DNA of 64,000 nt, from positions 1 through 64,000 of IMG/VR virus record IMGVR_UViG_3300023174_000141, one strand, 5' to 3'. The position numbers and the translations under genes were made by a program. This document shows positions 54,758-63,795 of this stretch, in pieces (within the stretch, counting starts at the first letter, position 1; each line of letters opens with the position of its first letter). The stretch comes from a virus. The notes beneath the pieces are model-generated. The model was given only the letters and a program-made list of their open reading frames with translations. It was not told the DNA's origin and did not search any database.

Positions 54758-55563
54758 TGGCTGGGACGCAGGTTTTTCCGACTCCGCAAGCTACTGGCGG
54801 TGGTGCCGGGACCCCTGCGTCCTCGGTTGTCAGCGAGCAGAGCTTTGGTCAGAGCCCCGTCGTCGGGGTCTCGACCGACTACGCCCGTGGCGACCATTCT
54901 CACGGCACTCCTCCGAATCCGGGCTGGACCGATGGCGGCGCCGTTGCGTACCTGACGACCGGGACCGACACGGTCACTGTCGGAGCATCGGCGGCGTCTG
55001 TCGCGAACCGAAAGCTGACCGTCGCGAACACGGGGACCAACCTGGGCGTGCGCGTCACGCCGCTGGCGGCTACCGACAACGTACTCGACGTCGCGCTCGC
55101 CGCAGACGCGAACGCGCGTTTCGCGGTCGACGCGAACGGCGCGCACACTTGGGGCCCGGCCTCAACCGCAGTCGATGTCCGGCTGCGCCGGGCTAGCGCC
55201 GGAACGCTCATCATCGACAACAACGCTGGCGGAAGCGCGGTGCTGTCGGTCCTGGGGTCGACGGTTGTTCAGCGGCTGTCCGTACAGCAGGTCACGACTG
55301 CGGCTTCGCCCTACGCCGTGTCTCTCATCGACTGTGTGGTGTTCGCGAATCCGGGAGGGGCCCAGACCATAAACCTTCCTATCGCTTCTGGCTCTTTGGC
55401 GGGACGGCTGATCACGGTCAAGCGCATCAACAACAGCGCGAACGTCGTCACCGTGGGCAGCCTGGGCGGCACTATCGACGGCGCCGCGACCTACGTCCTC
55501 GCCGCCGGCAGCTATGCCAGCGCGACGTTCACGACGGACGGCACTAACTGGTGGGTGATCTGA
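54757..55563 (+). CDS. Tail fibre/spike protein
   Basis: ARGDHSH motif; C-terminal TINLP..GR.ITVK..TIDG..TDGTNW module. Confidence 0.75.
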   Translation: MAGTQVFPTPQATGGGAGTPASSVVSEQSFGQSPVVGVSTDYARGDHSHGTPPNPGWTDGGAVAYLTTGTDTVTVGASAASVANRKLTVANTGTNLGVRVTPLAATDNVLDVALAADANARFAVDANGAHTWGPASTAVDVRLRRASAGTLIIDNNAGGSAVLSVLGSTVVQRLSVQQVTTAASPYAVSLIDCVVFANPGGAQTINLPIASGSLAGRLITVKRINNSANVVTVGSLGGTIDGAATYVLAAGSYASATFTTDGTNWWVI

Positions 55564-56720
55564 TGAGCTATACCCAGTACCCGGCCGTCATCCGTGAAGG
55601 AGCGCCCTCGGCGACGGACGACCGATCCGAAGGCTTCGTGGTCGGCGGCATGTGGATCAACAGCCTCACGTCCCCCCGTGATGTCTACGTCTGCGCCGAC
55701 AGCTCTGTCGGAGCCGCCGAGTGGGTGCTGACCAACGGGGGCGGCGGTGGCGGCGGCACGCCTGCGTCAACCGTCGTGAGCTCGACCAGCTACGGGCAGT
55801 CGCCCGTCGTAGGTGTGAGCACGGCCTACGCTCGCGCAGACCATACGCACGGGTCGGTTCCCGTGCTCGCAGGACTGTTCGGCAACGGCTTCGACGGAAA
55901 CCTCTCGGTGACGCCCGGCTCGACCTACACGCAGACGCAGGAGCGCATGTGGGGCGACGTCTACATCCCGTCGACGAGCGTCTACAAGCCGGCGGGGTAC
56001 CGTGTGCTGGTCAGCGGCACCCTCACCATCGACGCTGGCGGGTCGATGAATGACGACGGAAACAGCGCCGTCGCGAACGTGCAGGGAGCGGCGCTCACGG
56101 TTCGAGGCTACCTCGATGCCTCGAGCGGGGCCGGCGGCGCTGGCTACAACCTGTCCACTGTCCAGGCCGGCAACGGCCTCGTGGGCGGGTCCGTCGTCAA
56201 CAACATCTACAACCAGTCCCAGCTCCTGCCTACCGGCGGAGCGGGCGGTAACAGCACGACACGCGCGGCGGGGGCGGCGGGCACCACGACGCAGCTCGCC
56301 ACCGGCGCACGTATCACGCAGATGTGGCCGTCTGGGCGCCAGCCGGGCCTCCCCGCAAGAGGCGGGAGCGGCGGAGGGGGCGGAGCGATCACGCTTACTG
56401 TCCCAGGTACCTCCATCTCTGGCGGCGGTGGCTCGGGTGCGGGCATCGTGGTCCTCTTCGCGAAGAACCTCGTGAACAACGGGCGCATCTCCGCCAACGG
56501 CGGGAACGGCGGGGACGCCAACTGCCCCGCGGGCAACAACGGTGCGGGCGGAGGCGGAGGTGGCGGCGGGCTCGTCATGGTCACGACCGGTACGCCCTAC
56601 GCCAGCGTCGGAACGATCACCGCGAACGGTGGTACCGGCGGTACGGCGTCTGGCGCAGGCGCGACCAACGGCGCCAACGGGACCGCCGGTAGCGTCTACA
56701 TCGTGAGCTTCGGGGGCTAG
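55563..56720 (+). CDS. Gly-rich tail fibre/adhesin
   Basis: FGNGFDG, GGGGG runs, ANGGNGG repeats. Confidence 0.75.
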   Translation: MSYTQYPAVIREGAPSATDDRSEGFVVGGMWINSLTSPRDVYVCADSSVGAAEWVLTNGGGGGGGTPASTVVSSTSYGQSPVVGVSTAYARADHTHGSVPVLAGLFGNGFDGNLSVTPGSTYTQTQERMWGDVYIPSTSVYKPAGYRVLVSGTLTIDAGGSMNDDGNSAVANVQGAALTVRGYLDASSGAGGAGYNLSTVQAGNGLVGGSVVNNIYNQSQLLPTGGAGGNSTTRAAGAAGTTTQLATGARITQMWPSGRQPGLPARGGSGGGGGAITLTVPGTSISGGGGSGAGIVVLFAKNLVNNGRISANGGNGGDANCPAGNNGAGGGGGGGGLVMVTTGTPYASVGTITANGGTGGTASGAGATNGANGTAGSVYIVSFGG

Positions 56721-56721
56721 C

Positions 56722-56943
56722 ATGGTCATCGAGCGCAGCCAGCGCCTTCTTATCATCGCTATCGACGCGTCCATCGAGGACAACCTCGCTCTCGCGCAGG
56801 CGGAGTCGTGCGTCGCCGTCGTCCGCGGTGTGCCGTCCGAGCTCCAGGCTCGAGCCGTCGAGGAGGCCTGGGAGTTTCCCCGGGTCTACGTCGAAACGTG
56901 GGAAGAGGTCATTCCAGACCCCGACCCGGAACAGCCCGCATAG
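56722..56943 (+). CDS. Small acidic protein (possible fibre chaperone)
   Basis: Follows the fibre gene. Confidence 0.55.
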   Translation: MVIERSQRLLIIAIDASIEDNLALAQAESCVAVVRGVPSELQARAVEEAWEFPRVYVETWEEVIPDPDPEQPA

Positions 56944-56953
56944 GAGCCGCATC

Positions 56954-57142
56954 ATGCCCATCACTCCCGTCGAGATGGTCGACATCGGCAACGACGCCTT
57001 CCACATGGCGCAGTTCATTCTGCGTGCTCTCAAGGAAGACGAGCGCGGCCAGAAGAAGCTCGACAAGGAAGAGATGAAGGAGCTGCTGAAGCAGCATCTC
57101 CTACCGCTCGCGGCCAAGGTCGCGCGCGACCTCGTCGACTAA
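56954..57142 (+). CDS. Small hypothetical protein
   Basis: SD AGGAG; MPITPVEMVD start. Confidence 0.65.
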   Translation: MPITPVEMVDIGNDAFHMAQFILRALKEDERGQKKLDKEEMKELLKQHLLPLAAKVARDLVD

Positions 57143-57308
57143 CATGGACACGGGCTTCGACAGCGGACTCGAAACGTCCATCTGCGACAGCCTTGTCGCT
57201 CGTATGCGCCTGTGGGTGAACCCTCAGAGCGCGGAAGAACTGCACGGTTGCGACATCCCGCAGGGCTTCGTCTTCTCCATCCCGTACCACGACCAGGAGC
57301 CTTCCATC

Positions 57309-57863
57309 ATGGACACCACCGTGCCTCCCATTCAGCCTGCCGCCCAGCCGGCTCCCGTTGCCGCGCCCGTGGCCGCCGCTCCTGCCGACCCGGCTCATAG
57401 TCAGGACAGCACCACTGCACCCGCCCCTCAGCCCTCCGGTATCACTGAGGCTGTTGTCGAGCAACCCATCCCGCAAAATATCAGCGACGACCTCACCAAG
57501 GTGGTGGGTGCGGCTGGCGGGAACAGCGGCCTCGCGGTCATCCTCGCGCTTCTGGCCGTTGCTGGCGGGGCCGCCGGTTGGAAGTTCTGGACCAAGCTTT
57601 CGGAGCAGAAGCACGAGCAGAAGCTCAAGGAGATGGAGCTCGAGGCCCAGAAGGCCGGGCTCAACGGTGCCCAGCCTCCTCCGTGCGTGGTGAAGCAGGC
57701 CGAGGTGGACGCGAAGATCGCGGCCCTCGAGGCACGCGTCGGAAAGAGCGAGCGCGCGTCTCTCGCCCTTCCGGATGACTTCGACCCGGAGGAGATGGAC
57801 AAGCGCATCCGCAAGCTGGAGCTCGCCTCCGTGAAGGCCAAGGCGAAGAAGGCTAGCCCGTGA
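57309..57863 (+). CDS. Single-TM coiled-coil membrane protein (possibly lysis-related)
   Basis: LAVILALLAVAGGAAGWKFW; SD AGGAG before 57309 (alternative start 57144). Confidence 0.7.
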   Translation: MDTTVPPIQPAAQPAPVAAPVAAAPADPAHSQDSTTAPAPQPSGITEAVVEQPIPQNISDDLTKVVGAAGGNSGLAVILALLAVAGGAAGWKFWTKLSEQKHEQKLKEMELEAQKAGLNGAQPPPCVVKQAEVDAKIAALEARVGKSERASLALPDDFDPEEMDKRIRKLELASVKAKAKKASP

Positions 57864-59362
57864 GCCAGCAGATCTTCCCTGGCAGGCCGGCCGTCGGAGG
57901 AGTGACCATTGATGGGCCGCTCTCCGGGTTCGGCGAGCTTGAGACCGTCACGCCCACTCCGACCTCGCAGGTTGCGTTCGTCTACGGGCTGAACCCCCTG
58001 CTCGTGACGACGGACGTGTACGGCGCTGGGGCTTCTGTCACTACCGCCAATGGCGAGGCCGTGATGACCAGCGGCACGGCGGTAGACGGGTACGCCCGTC
58101 TGACGTCGAAGAAAGTCGCGAAGTACCGCGCAGGCCAGGCCACGATGGCGAAGTGGACCGCTCGCTTCACCGCCGGGTCGGCCGGCAACCGCCAGATGGC
58201 GGGCCTCTACAACATCGAGGCGGGCTACCAGTTCGGCTACAACGGCACTGCGTTCGGCATCCTCTACACTGAGGCGGCAACGGTCGAGGTCCAGACGCTC
58301 ACCGTGACGGTGGCCCCCGCGGCGGGTGGCAACGTGACGGTGACCCTCGACAGCGGTACGCCCGTCGTCGTGGCCGTCACGGTGAGCGGCAACACGAGCG
58401 TGACCGCAAGCCAGATCGCGGCTGCTGACTACTCGCAGACGGCGGGCGGCTGGCGTGCCCAGGCGGTCGCCAACGTCGTGTACTTCGCCCGCAAGACGGC
58501 TGGCACTGCGGGCGCCTCGACGTTTGCCGCGGGCGCCACGGGGATGGCGGCGACGTTCGCCATCCTGACGACGGGCACCGCACCCACCGAGCAGTTCATC
58601 GCGCAGTCGTCGTGGAACGTCGACCGCTTTGACGGTACGGGGCCCAGCGGACAGACCATTGACCCGACGAAGGGCAACGTCTACGGGGTGCAGTTCCAGT
58701 ACCTCGGCTACGGCGACGCCTTCTTCTACGTCGTCAACGGGCTCACGGGACGTCCTCAGCTCGTGCACGTCATCCGCAACGCGAACACGCGCACCAGCAC
58801 GGTGCTTCGCAACCCGAACCTCTACCTGACCTGGGAGAGCCGGAACACAGGTACGGGAACCTCGGTGGCCATGCGTGGGGCGTCGGGTGGAGCGTTTGTT
58901 GAGGGGCCGGTTCGGTTTCTCGGCGCGCAGTTCGCCGTGCCTCCTGTTGCCGTCACAACGGGCGCCGGGACAGAGACCCCCATTCTCTCCCTCCGCGCCA
59001 ACAACGTGTACCTCAACCGTCAGTCGACGGCGCAGCTTCAGATCGACCGCATCTCGGTGTCGTGCGACGGGACGAAGGACGTCCTGTTCAAGGTCTACAA
59101 GAACAGCACGTTGACCGCGCCTCGCTGGCAGAACGTCAACGCGACCACCTCGGCTGCGTCCTACGACCAGAACGCCACTGCGTTCAGCGTCGGTGCGGGC
59201 AAGCTCGTCTACGCGTTCGCCGTGAACAAGAACGGAAACTCGACCGAGACCCTCACCGACATCGACCTGTTTCTCCAGGCAGGCGACTACCTCACCATCA
59301 CCGCAACGAGCGCCAGCGCGAACGACGTGGGCGCATCCATCGTCTGGGTCGAAGACATCTAG
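57860..59362 (+). CDS. Virion structural protein, lectin/concanavalin-like beta-sandwich
   Basis: KYRAGQ, QSSWNVDRFDGTGPSG.TIDPTKGNVY.VQFQYLGYG. Confidence 0.7.
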   Translation: MSQQIFPGRPAVGGVTIDGPLSGFGELETVTPTPTSQVAFVYGLNPLLVTTDVYGAGASVTTANGEAVMTSGTAVDGYARLTSKKVAKYRAGQATMAKWTARFTAGSAGNRQMAGLYNIEAGYQFGYNGTAFGILYTEAATVEVQTLTVTVAPAAGGNVTVTLDSGTPVVVAVTVSGNTSVTASQIAAADYSQTAGGWRAQAVANVVYFARKTAGTAGASTFAAGATGMAATFAILTTGTAPTEQFIAQSSWNVDRFDGTGPSGQTIDPTKGNVYGVQFQYLGYGDAFFYVVNGLTGRPQLVHVIRNANTRTSTVLRNPNLYLTWESRNTGTGTSVAMRGASGGAFVEGPVRFLGAQFAVPPVAVTTGAGTETPILSLRANNVYLNRQSTAQLQIDRISVSCDGTKDVLFKVYKNSTLTAPRWQNVNATTSAASYDQNATAFSVGAGKLVYAFAVNKNGNSTETLTDIDLFLQAGDYLTITATSASANDVGASIVWVEDI

Positions 59363-59369
59363 GAGCATC

Positions 59370-59927
59370 ATGGACCGCCAAGAGAAGATCCTCACCGAGG
59401 GCACCGAGGCCCCCGACTTCGTTGTCGATGTGCCGGGCGGAGAGCCTCCGGGGCCGAGTCGCCTCGACGACGCTCCGAGCGCCCCTGTCGAAGCGGCGCC
59501 CGTTCTCGTCGAGCAGGTGGCGGAGACGCGCAAGCAGGCGGAGGAGCTCGCTACGGCGGTGGCCGCTGTCGAGCCCGCGAAGCGGATGTACCCGTCGCTC
59601 TACGACACCAAGGCCTCCACCGTAGCGGCCATCCTGCTCGGCATCGCCATCGTGGCGAGCATTCAGTACGCCGTGGCCCGGATGTACCAGAGCGCGAAGA
59701 GCGAGCAGGAGTACCTCACCCGCTTCGTCACCGGGCTCGTCGGCCTCGTGATGGGCGCCTACATCGCGGACCTGCTCATCGCTGGTCCGGACACGTCGCT
59801 GCTCTCCCCGGAGGAGCACCTCACCATCCTCGGCTTCGTCAAGGACGTCTGCCTCATGGTGTTCGCCTACTTTTTCGGGACGAAGAGCGCCACGTCCTCC
59901 CCCTCCCCTCAGCCTCCCTCGGAGTAA
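59370..59927 (+). CDS. Three-TM membrane protein, holin candidate
   Basis: Three hydrophobic segments and AYFFGT, immediately upstream of the lysin. Confidence 0.6.
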   Translation: MDRQEKILTEGTEAPDFVVDVPGGEPPGPSRLDDAPSAPVEAAPVLVEQVAETRKQAEELATAVAAVEPAKRMYPSLYDTKASTVAAILLGIAIVASIQYAVARMYQSAKSEQEYLTRFVTGLVGLVMGAYIADLLIAGPDTSLLSPEEHLTILGFVKDVCLMVFAYFFGTKSATSSPSPQPPSE

Positions 59928-59930
59928 CTC

Positions 59931-60638
59931 ATGAGCGTCACCCCTCAGCAGAAGCACACCATCGACTGCATCCTGTCCATCTTCGAGACGGGCCGCATCC
60001 CCAGCCCCGCCGCCTACGCGATGTGCACCATCCTCAAGGACGGCGCCGGCATCAGCTACGGCAAGCACCAGTGCACCGACAAGTCGGGCAGCCTCGACCT
60101 CGTCGTGAAGAAGTACATCGAGCTGGGCGGCCAGCACGCCGCTGCGCTCCAGGCGTACCTGCCCTACCTCGCCGCGAACAAGAGCGCGGCCGAGCCCCCG
60201 GCCGGTCCTTGGTCGGCGGAAACGCAGGCCCTCGTGGCGCTGCTGAAGACGGCCGGTGCTGACCCCACGATGCACCGCGCGCAGGACGAGATCTTCGACG
60301 CGCACTACTGGCAGCCCGCGGCCAAGCAGTGCGAGGCGATGGGCCTCCAGCACGCGCTGTCTTGGGGCGTCATCTACGACACCTGCATCCACAGCGGGGC
60401 CGGCGGCGTCGCGATGATCCGCGGTAAGTTCCCGGCGGTGCCCCCTGCTCGTGGCGGCGACGAGAAGCAGTTCATCAACCAGTACCTCCAGGCTCGCGAG
60501 GACTGGCTCAAGTCCAGCGCCAACGAGCTGGTGCGGCGCACCACCTACCGCATGGACGCCTTCCAGACGCTTGTCGCCAACGGAAACTGGGAGCTCGCCC
60601 TGCCGCTCGTCATTCGCGGGGTTACGATTCCGGCGTAG
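59931..60638 (+). CDS. Chitosanase-like (GH46, lysozyme fold) endolysin
   Basis: SIFETG, DGAGISYG, AQDEIFD..Y, IYDTCIHSG. Confidence 0.8.
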   Translation: MSVTPQQKHTIDCILSIFETGRIPSPAAYAMCTILKDGAGISYGKHQCTDKSGSLDLVVKKYIELGGQHAAALQAYLPYLAANKSAAEPPAGPWSAETQALVALLKTAGADPTMHRAQDEIFDAHYWQPAAKQCEAMGLQHALSWGVIYDTCIHSGAGGVAMIRGKFPAVPPARGGDEKQFINQYLQAREDWLKSSANELVRRTTYRMDAFQTLVANGNWELALPLVIRGVTIPA

Positions 60639-60654
60639 CGTCGGAGGTGCTTTA

Positions 60655-60846
60655 GTGGGCCACCGCAAGGTTCAGCCGCGCTATCTACGGTGCGCCGAGA
60701 TCGAGCATCTTCGGCGCACCGGATGGACGGTTTCTCGTATCGCCTACGTTGTCGGCGTAACGTCTCGCGCGGTTTACCGCTGGAGCGTCGGCGACACGAG
60801 ACCCAGAAGCGGGCACATGAAGATTCTCCGGGCCCTGGTGGAGTAG
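60655..60846 (+). CDS. Small XRE/Cro-like HTH protein
   Basis: GWTVSRIAYVVGVTSRAVYRWSVGDTRP; SD GGAGGT. Confidence 0.75.
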   Translation: MGHRKVQPRYLRCAEIEHLRRTGWTVSRIAYVVGVTSRAVYRWSVGDTRPRSGHMKILRALVE

Positions 60847-61245
60847 CTACTTCTTCGGCGCAGCCGGCTTCTTCGCGGCGGGCTTCTTCGCGGCAGGCGG
60901 CTTCTTCCCCGAGAGCAGCGCGTCACTCGCGGCGTACCGCCTGCGGCGCGCCTCCTTCTGCTCGTCGGTCAACTCCTGCACCACCTCGATGGCGGGGGCT
61001 ACTTCCACCGTCGCCGCCGCGGCGGGCTCGGTTTCGCGCGTCTTCCCCACGGCGTACGAGATCACAAGGCTCTCAGGAACGCTCCAGATCTTCGTGTCCA
61101 AGGGCAGTCCGTCGCGCCCTTCGGTGTCGAGCTCCTTGCAGCCGGTGAGGACTACGTTCTTGGGAAGGAGGCTATCTCGGGCGAGGCCTTCGCACTCGAC
61201 GCGAAGGAGGGAACCATTGATGCTCAGTACGACAGTGGCGGTCAT
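60847..61245 (-). CDS. Hypothetical protein with AAKKP-repeat tail
   Basis: SD AAGGAG; KKPPAAKKPAAKKPAAPKK. Confidence 0.75.
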   Translation of the reverse strand: MTATVVLSINGSLLRVECEGLARDSLLPKNVVLTGCKELDTEGRDGLPLDTKIWSVPESLVISYAVGKTRETEPAAAATVEVAPAIEVVQELTDEQKEARRRRYAASDALLSGKKPPAAKKPAAKKPAAPKK

Positions 61246-61281
61246 GCGGGTCTCCTTGAGGTGATCCCGGCGCGTAAGAAA

Positions 61282-61305
61282 GCCGCCCCAGTTTCCCGGG
61301 GCGGC
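61282..61305 (-). terminator. Intrinsic terminator
   Basis: GCCGCCCC/GGGGCGGC stem followed by TTTCTT on the minus strand. Confidence 0.7.
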
Positions 61306-61357
61306 GTCTTAGTGTGCACCGGACGAGTTGGTTAACCCACCCGGCGCAGCGCGACTA

Positions 61358-62872
61358 TCAGGACGCCTGGCCGTAGTACACGGCCCAGTCGTCACCCTGC
61401 TGACCCACCGCGGAGTCGAAGGTGATCGTGCTGCCGGAGAGGCTGTAGTCCAGCGTCTTCATGCGCATCACGCCGTTGATGAACACCATGAGGGCGGAGT
61501 TCGTGGTCTGGGGAGCCGCCGTCAGCGTGATGCTGAACGGAGCCGTGCCCGACAGCGCCCCGCTCTCGTACCCGTCGAAACGGCCGATGCGGCTGGTGAC
61601 GTCGGCGTTGAGCTTCGCGTAGGTGACCTGCGCGTCGCCGATCTTCGCGGTCACAACCGCCCCGTCCGCGAGCTTCGCCGTCTCCACCGCGCCGGCGGCG
61701 AGCTGAGCCGCCGTGACACCGAGGGGCGCCACGCGGAGCTTGCCGCTGCTGTCAGCGTCAACCGTGCTGTTGTCCACCTTGATGGCGAGACCAGCGCTGC
61801 CGACGTCGATGGCGGGACGGATGTCGCCCGACGCCGCGGCGTTGAGGAGCACCTTCACGCCGCTGCTGTCCGCGGCGAGACCGGAGTTCGTCGCGGTGAG
61901 CTTCACGGCCACGGCGTCGGAGACGATCTGGATGCCGTCGCCCACGTTCACGTCGAGGGTGTTCCCGGTCTTCGCGAGACCGGCGCCCGCGACGATGCTG
62001 CCCGCGCCGGAGAACTGGCTGAACGCGAGGGCGTCCGTGCCGACCACGGCAGAGCCCTTGTTGTTCGTGCAGACCCAACCGGAGTCAGCGTTCACGGTGC
62101 CCTGCTCGACGAACGCGAACGCGCCCGCGGCGTCGGCGCCGACCGGCATGTCGGCGGAACGCGCCCACGCGCCCGCCGCCACGACGTAGATGCCGTTCTG
62201 GGTAGCCGTGGTCTGACCAGCCACGAGGACGCGGTCGCCAGCGACGAGCGCCACGCCGTCGATGGTCTGGGGAGCCGAGAGCGTGATGTTGGTGCGGGCG
62301 ATGGCCTGCACGCTCTGCTTCACGTCGAGACCCTGGGCCACGCCGTCAACGTACTGCTTCGTCGCCGCATCGCCGTTGCCGACGGGGCTGGCGAGGTTGG
62401 TGAGCTTGAACCCACCGGCGCTCACGTCGGCGCCGAAGGTGCCGCGGAGGTCGGAGAAGGTCCAGGCGGCGGCGAGGTCGGCCTTCGACGGGGTCACCGA
62501 GCCCGTGGAGAGCTTGGCGTTCGTGACCTGGCCGTCCTTGATCTTCGCGGTCTCGACCGCGTCGGCGGCGAGCTTCACCGCGGTGACGGCCGAGTCGGCG
62601 AGCTCGGAGGTCCCGACCGCGCCCGACGCGATCTTGCTGGCGTCGACGCTGTCCGCGGCGAGCTTGGCGAGGGTGATGGCCCCGTCGGCGATCTTCGCCG
62701 TGAGGACCGCACCGTCGGCGATCTTCGCGGTCTCGACGCTGGCGGCGGCGAGCTTGGCGGCGGTGACGTTGGCGTCAGCCAGCTTCGCGGTCGTGACGGC
62801 GCTGTCCATGAGGTTGCTGGTCGCGATGGTCGCGGAGGCGATATCGGAACCCTTGACGAACGTACGTGCCAT
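61358..62872 (-). CDS. Fibre protein with 10-aa (VTxAKLADxA) repeats
   Basis: Decapeptide repeats; DAATKQYVD; TIDGV..GDRVLV..QNGIY..WARS.D. Confidence 0.85.
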   Translation of the reverse strand: MARTFVKGSDIASATIATSNLMDSAVTTAKLADANVTAAKLAAASVETAKIADGAVLTAKIADGAITLAKLAADSVDASKIASGAVGTSELADSAVTAVKLAADAVETAKIKDGQVTNAKLSTGSVTPSKADLAAAWTFSDLRGTFGADVSAGGFKLTNLASPVGNGDAATKQYVDGVAQGLDVKQSVQAIARTNITLSAPQTIDGVALVAGDRVLVAGQTTATQNGIYVVAAGAWARSADMPVGADAAGAFAFVEQGTVNADSGWVCTNNKGSAVVGTDALAFSQFSGAGSIVAGAGLAKTGNTLDVNVGDGIQIVSDAVAVKLTATNSGLAADSSGVKVLLNAAASGDIRPAIDVGSAGLAIKVDNSTVDADSSGKLRVAPLGVTAAQLAAGAVETAKLADGAVVTAKIGDAQVTYAKLNADVTSRIGRFDGYESGALSGTAPFSITLTAAPQTTNSALMVFINGVMRMKTLDYSLSGSTITFDSAVGQQGDDWAVYYGQAS

Positions 62873-62953
62873 GTTGAAGGCCCTCCTTTGGCCTGAGTTG
62901 CACGTACGTTCTACCGCGTGGGGGGCTCACGCAGAAGATGACAAAGCGCCGAG

Positions 62954-63454
62954 CTAGAAGAAAATCTGAACGACCGTATCGGCCTCCAGCGGGTAGGCGA
63001 ACGTCACCCCCTGCGCCGAGGTGACGTAGTCGTTTCCGACACCCTCGCTCAAGATCAAGCCGTTGCGCGTCACCATGTTTCGCCCAGGCTCCGCGCTCAG
63101 CCCGACAGCCGGGAAGAACGTCTGGCTCGCCGAAGCGACGAAGGCCAGCCGGTTCGACCATCCGCTAGGCGGGGTGAACGTGATGGTCGTGGCGTCCGAG
63201 GACACCGACACGTTTCCGGTGGCGAAGTTGATCGCGTACGCGTGGCCGACAGTCGTGCCGCCCGTCTGCACCGCCACACCGGAAGCCACCACCCACACCG
63301 CCGCTCCGAGGGCGTTGTTGGCGCACACGTAGAGCGTGGGAGGGGTGGTGGTCGGGTCGACGGCGGTAGACCCGATGACGAACCCGACGCTCGCGTCGTC
63401 TAGCGGAGTAGGCGCCCGGCCGAGCGAGCTTGCTGGAAGTACGGCATACGCCAT
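62954..63454 (-). CDS. Small fibre-associated virion protein
   Basis: APTPLDD..GF..YVC..GAAVW; RNGLIL..DY. Confidence 0.7.
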   Translation of the reverse strand: MAYAVLPASSLGRAPTPLDDASVGFVIGSTAVDPTTTPPTLYVCANNALGAAVWVVASGVAVQTGGTTVGHAYAINFATGNVSVSSDATTITFTPPSGWSNRLAFVASASQTFFPAVGLSAEPGRNMVTRNGLILSEGVGNDYVTSAQGVTFAYPLEADTVVQIFF

Positions 63455-63516
63455 GGCGTGTCCTCACCGAAGTGATTAACCCTATAACACGCGGCTCTAT
63501 GCTGCGGCTCTAGGCG

Positions 63517-63795
63517 TTACACGAAGACAGGCGTTCCTGGCCCGAGGTAGGCACAGAACGTGTTGAACTCGTGCCACTCGAGCGCCGTGTCGTAGTCCAT
63601 GTCCTCGTGCTCGACAGCCTGCTCAACGACGAGGCTCGCGGTCGTACACGAGGAACATCTGACCGTGCCGACTGCCCGTACCGATGGCGAAGGCGATGAC
63701 GGCAGGGTCGTAGACGTCGGCAGGCTCCATCCGCAGCACGGGACCGCCATGCTGGTCGGAGAGCACGTCGATCTGGGGTTGCGGCGCGCTTCCAT
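63517..63795 (-). CDS. Phage protein (EFNTFCAYLGPGTPVFV ending) whose middle section appears out of frame
   Basis: Start and C-terminus share one frame. The family-like middle (YDPAVIA..LVYDR) lies in another frame. Confidence 0.6.
   Translation of the reverse strand: MEARRNPRSTCSPTSMAVPCCGWSLPTSTTLPSSPSPSVRAVGTVRCSSCTTASLVVEQAVEHEDMDYDTALEWHEFNTFCAYLGPGTPVFV

Noticed and set aside
54757-63454. Diversity-generating retroelement acting on fibre genes
   Set aside because: No reverse transcriptase in the window, and the duplicated segments differ at all base types rather than only at adenines.
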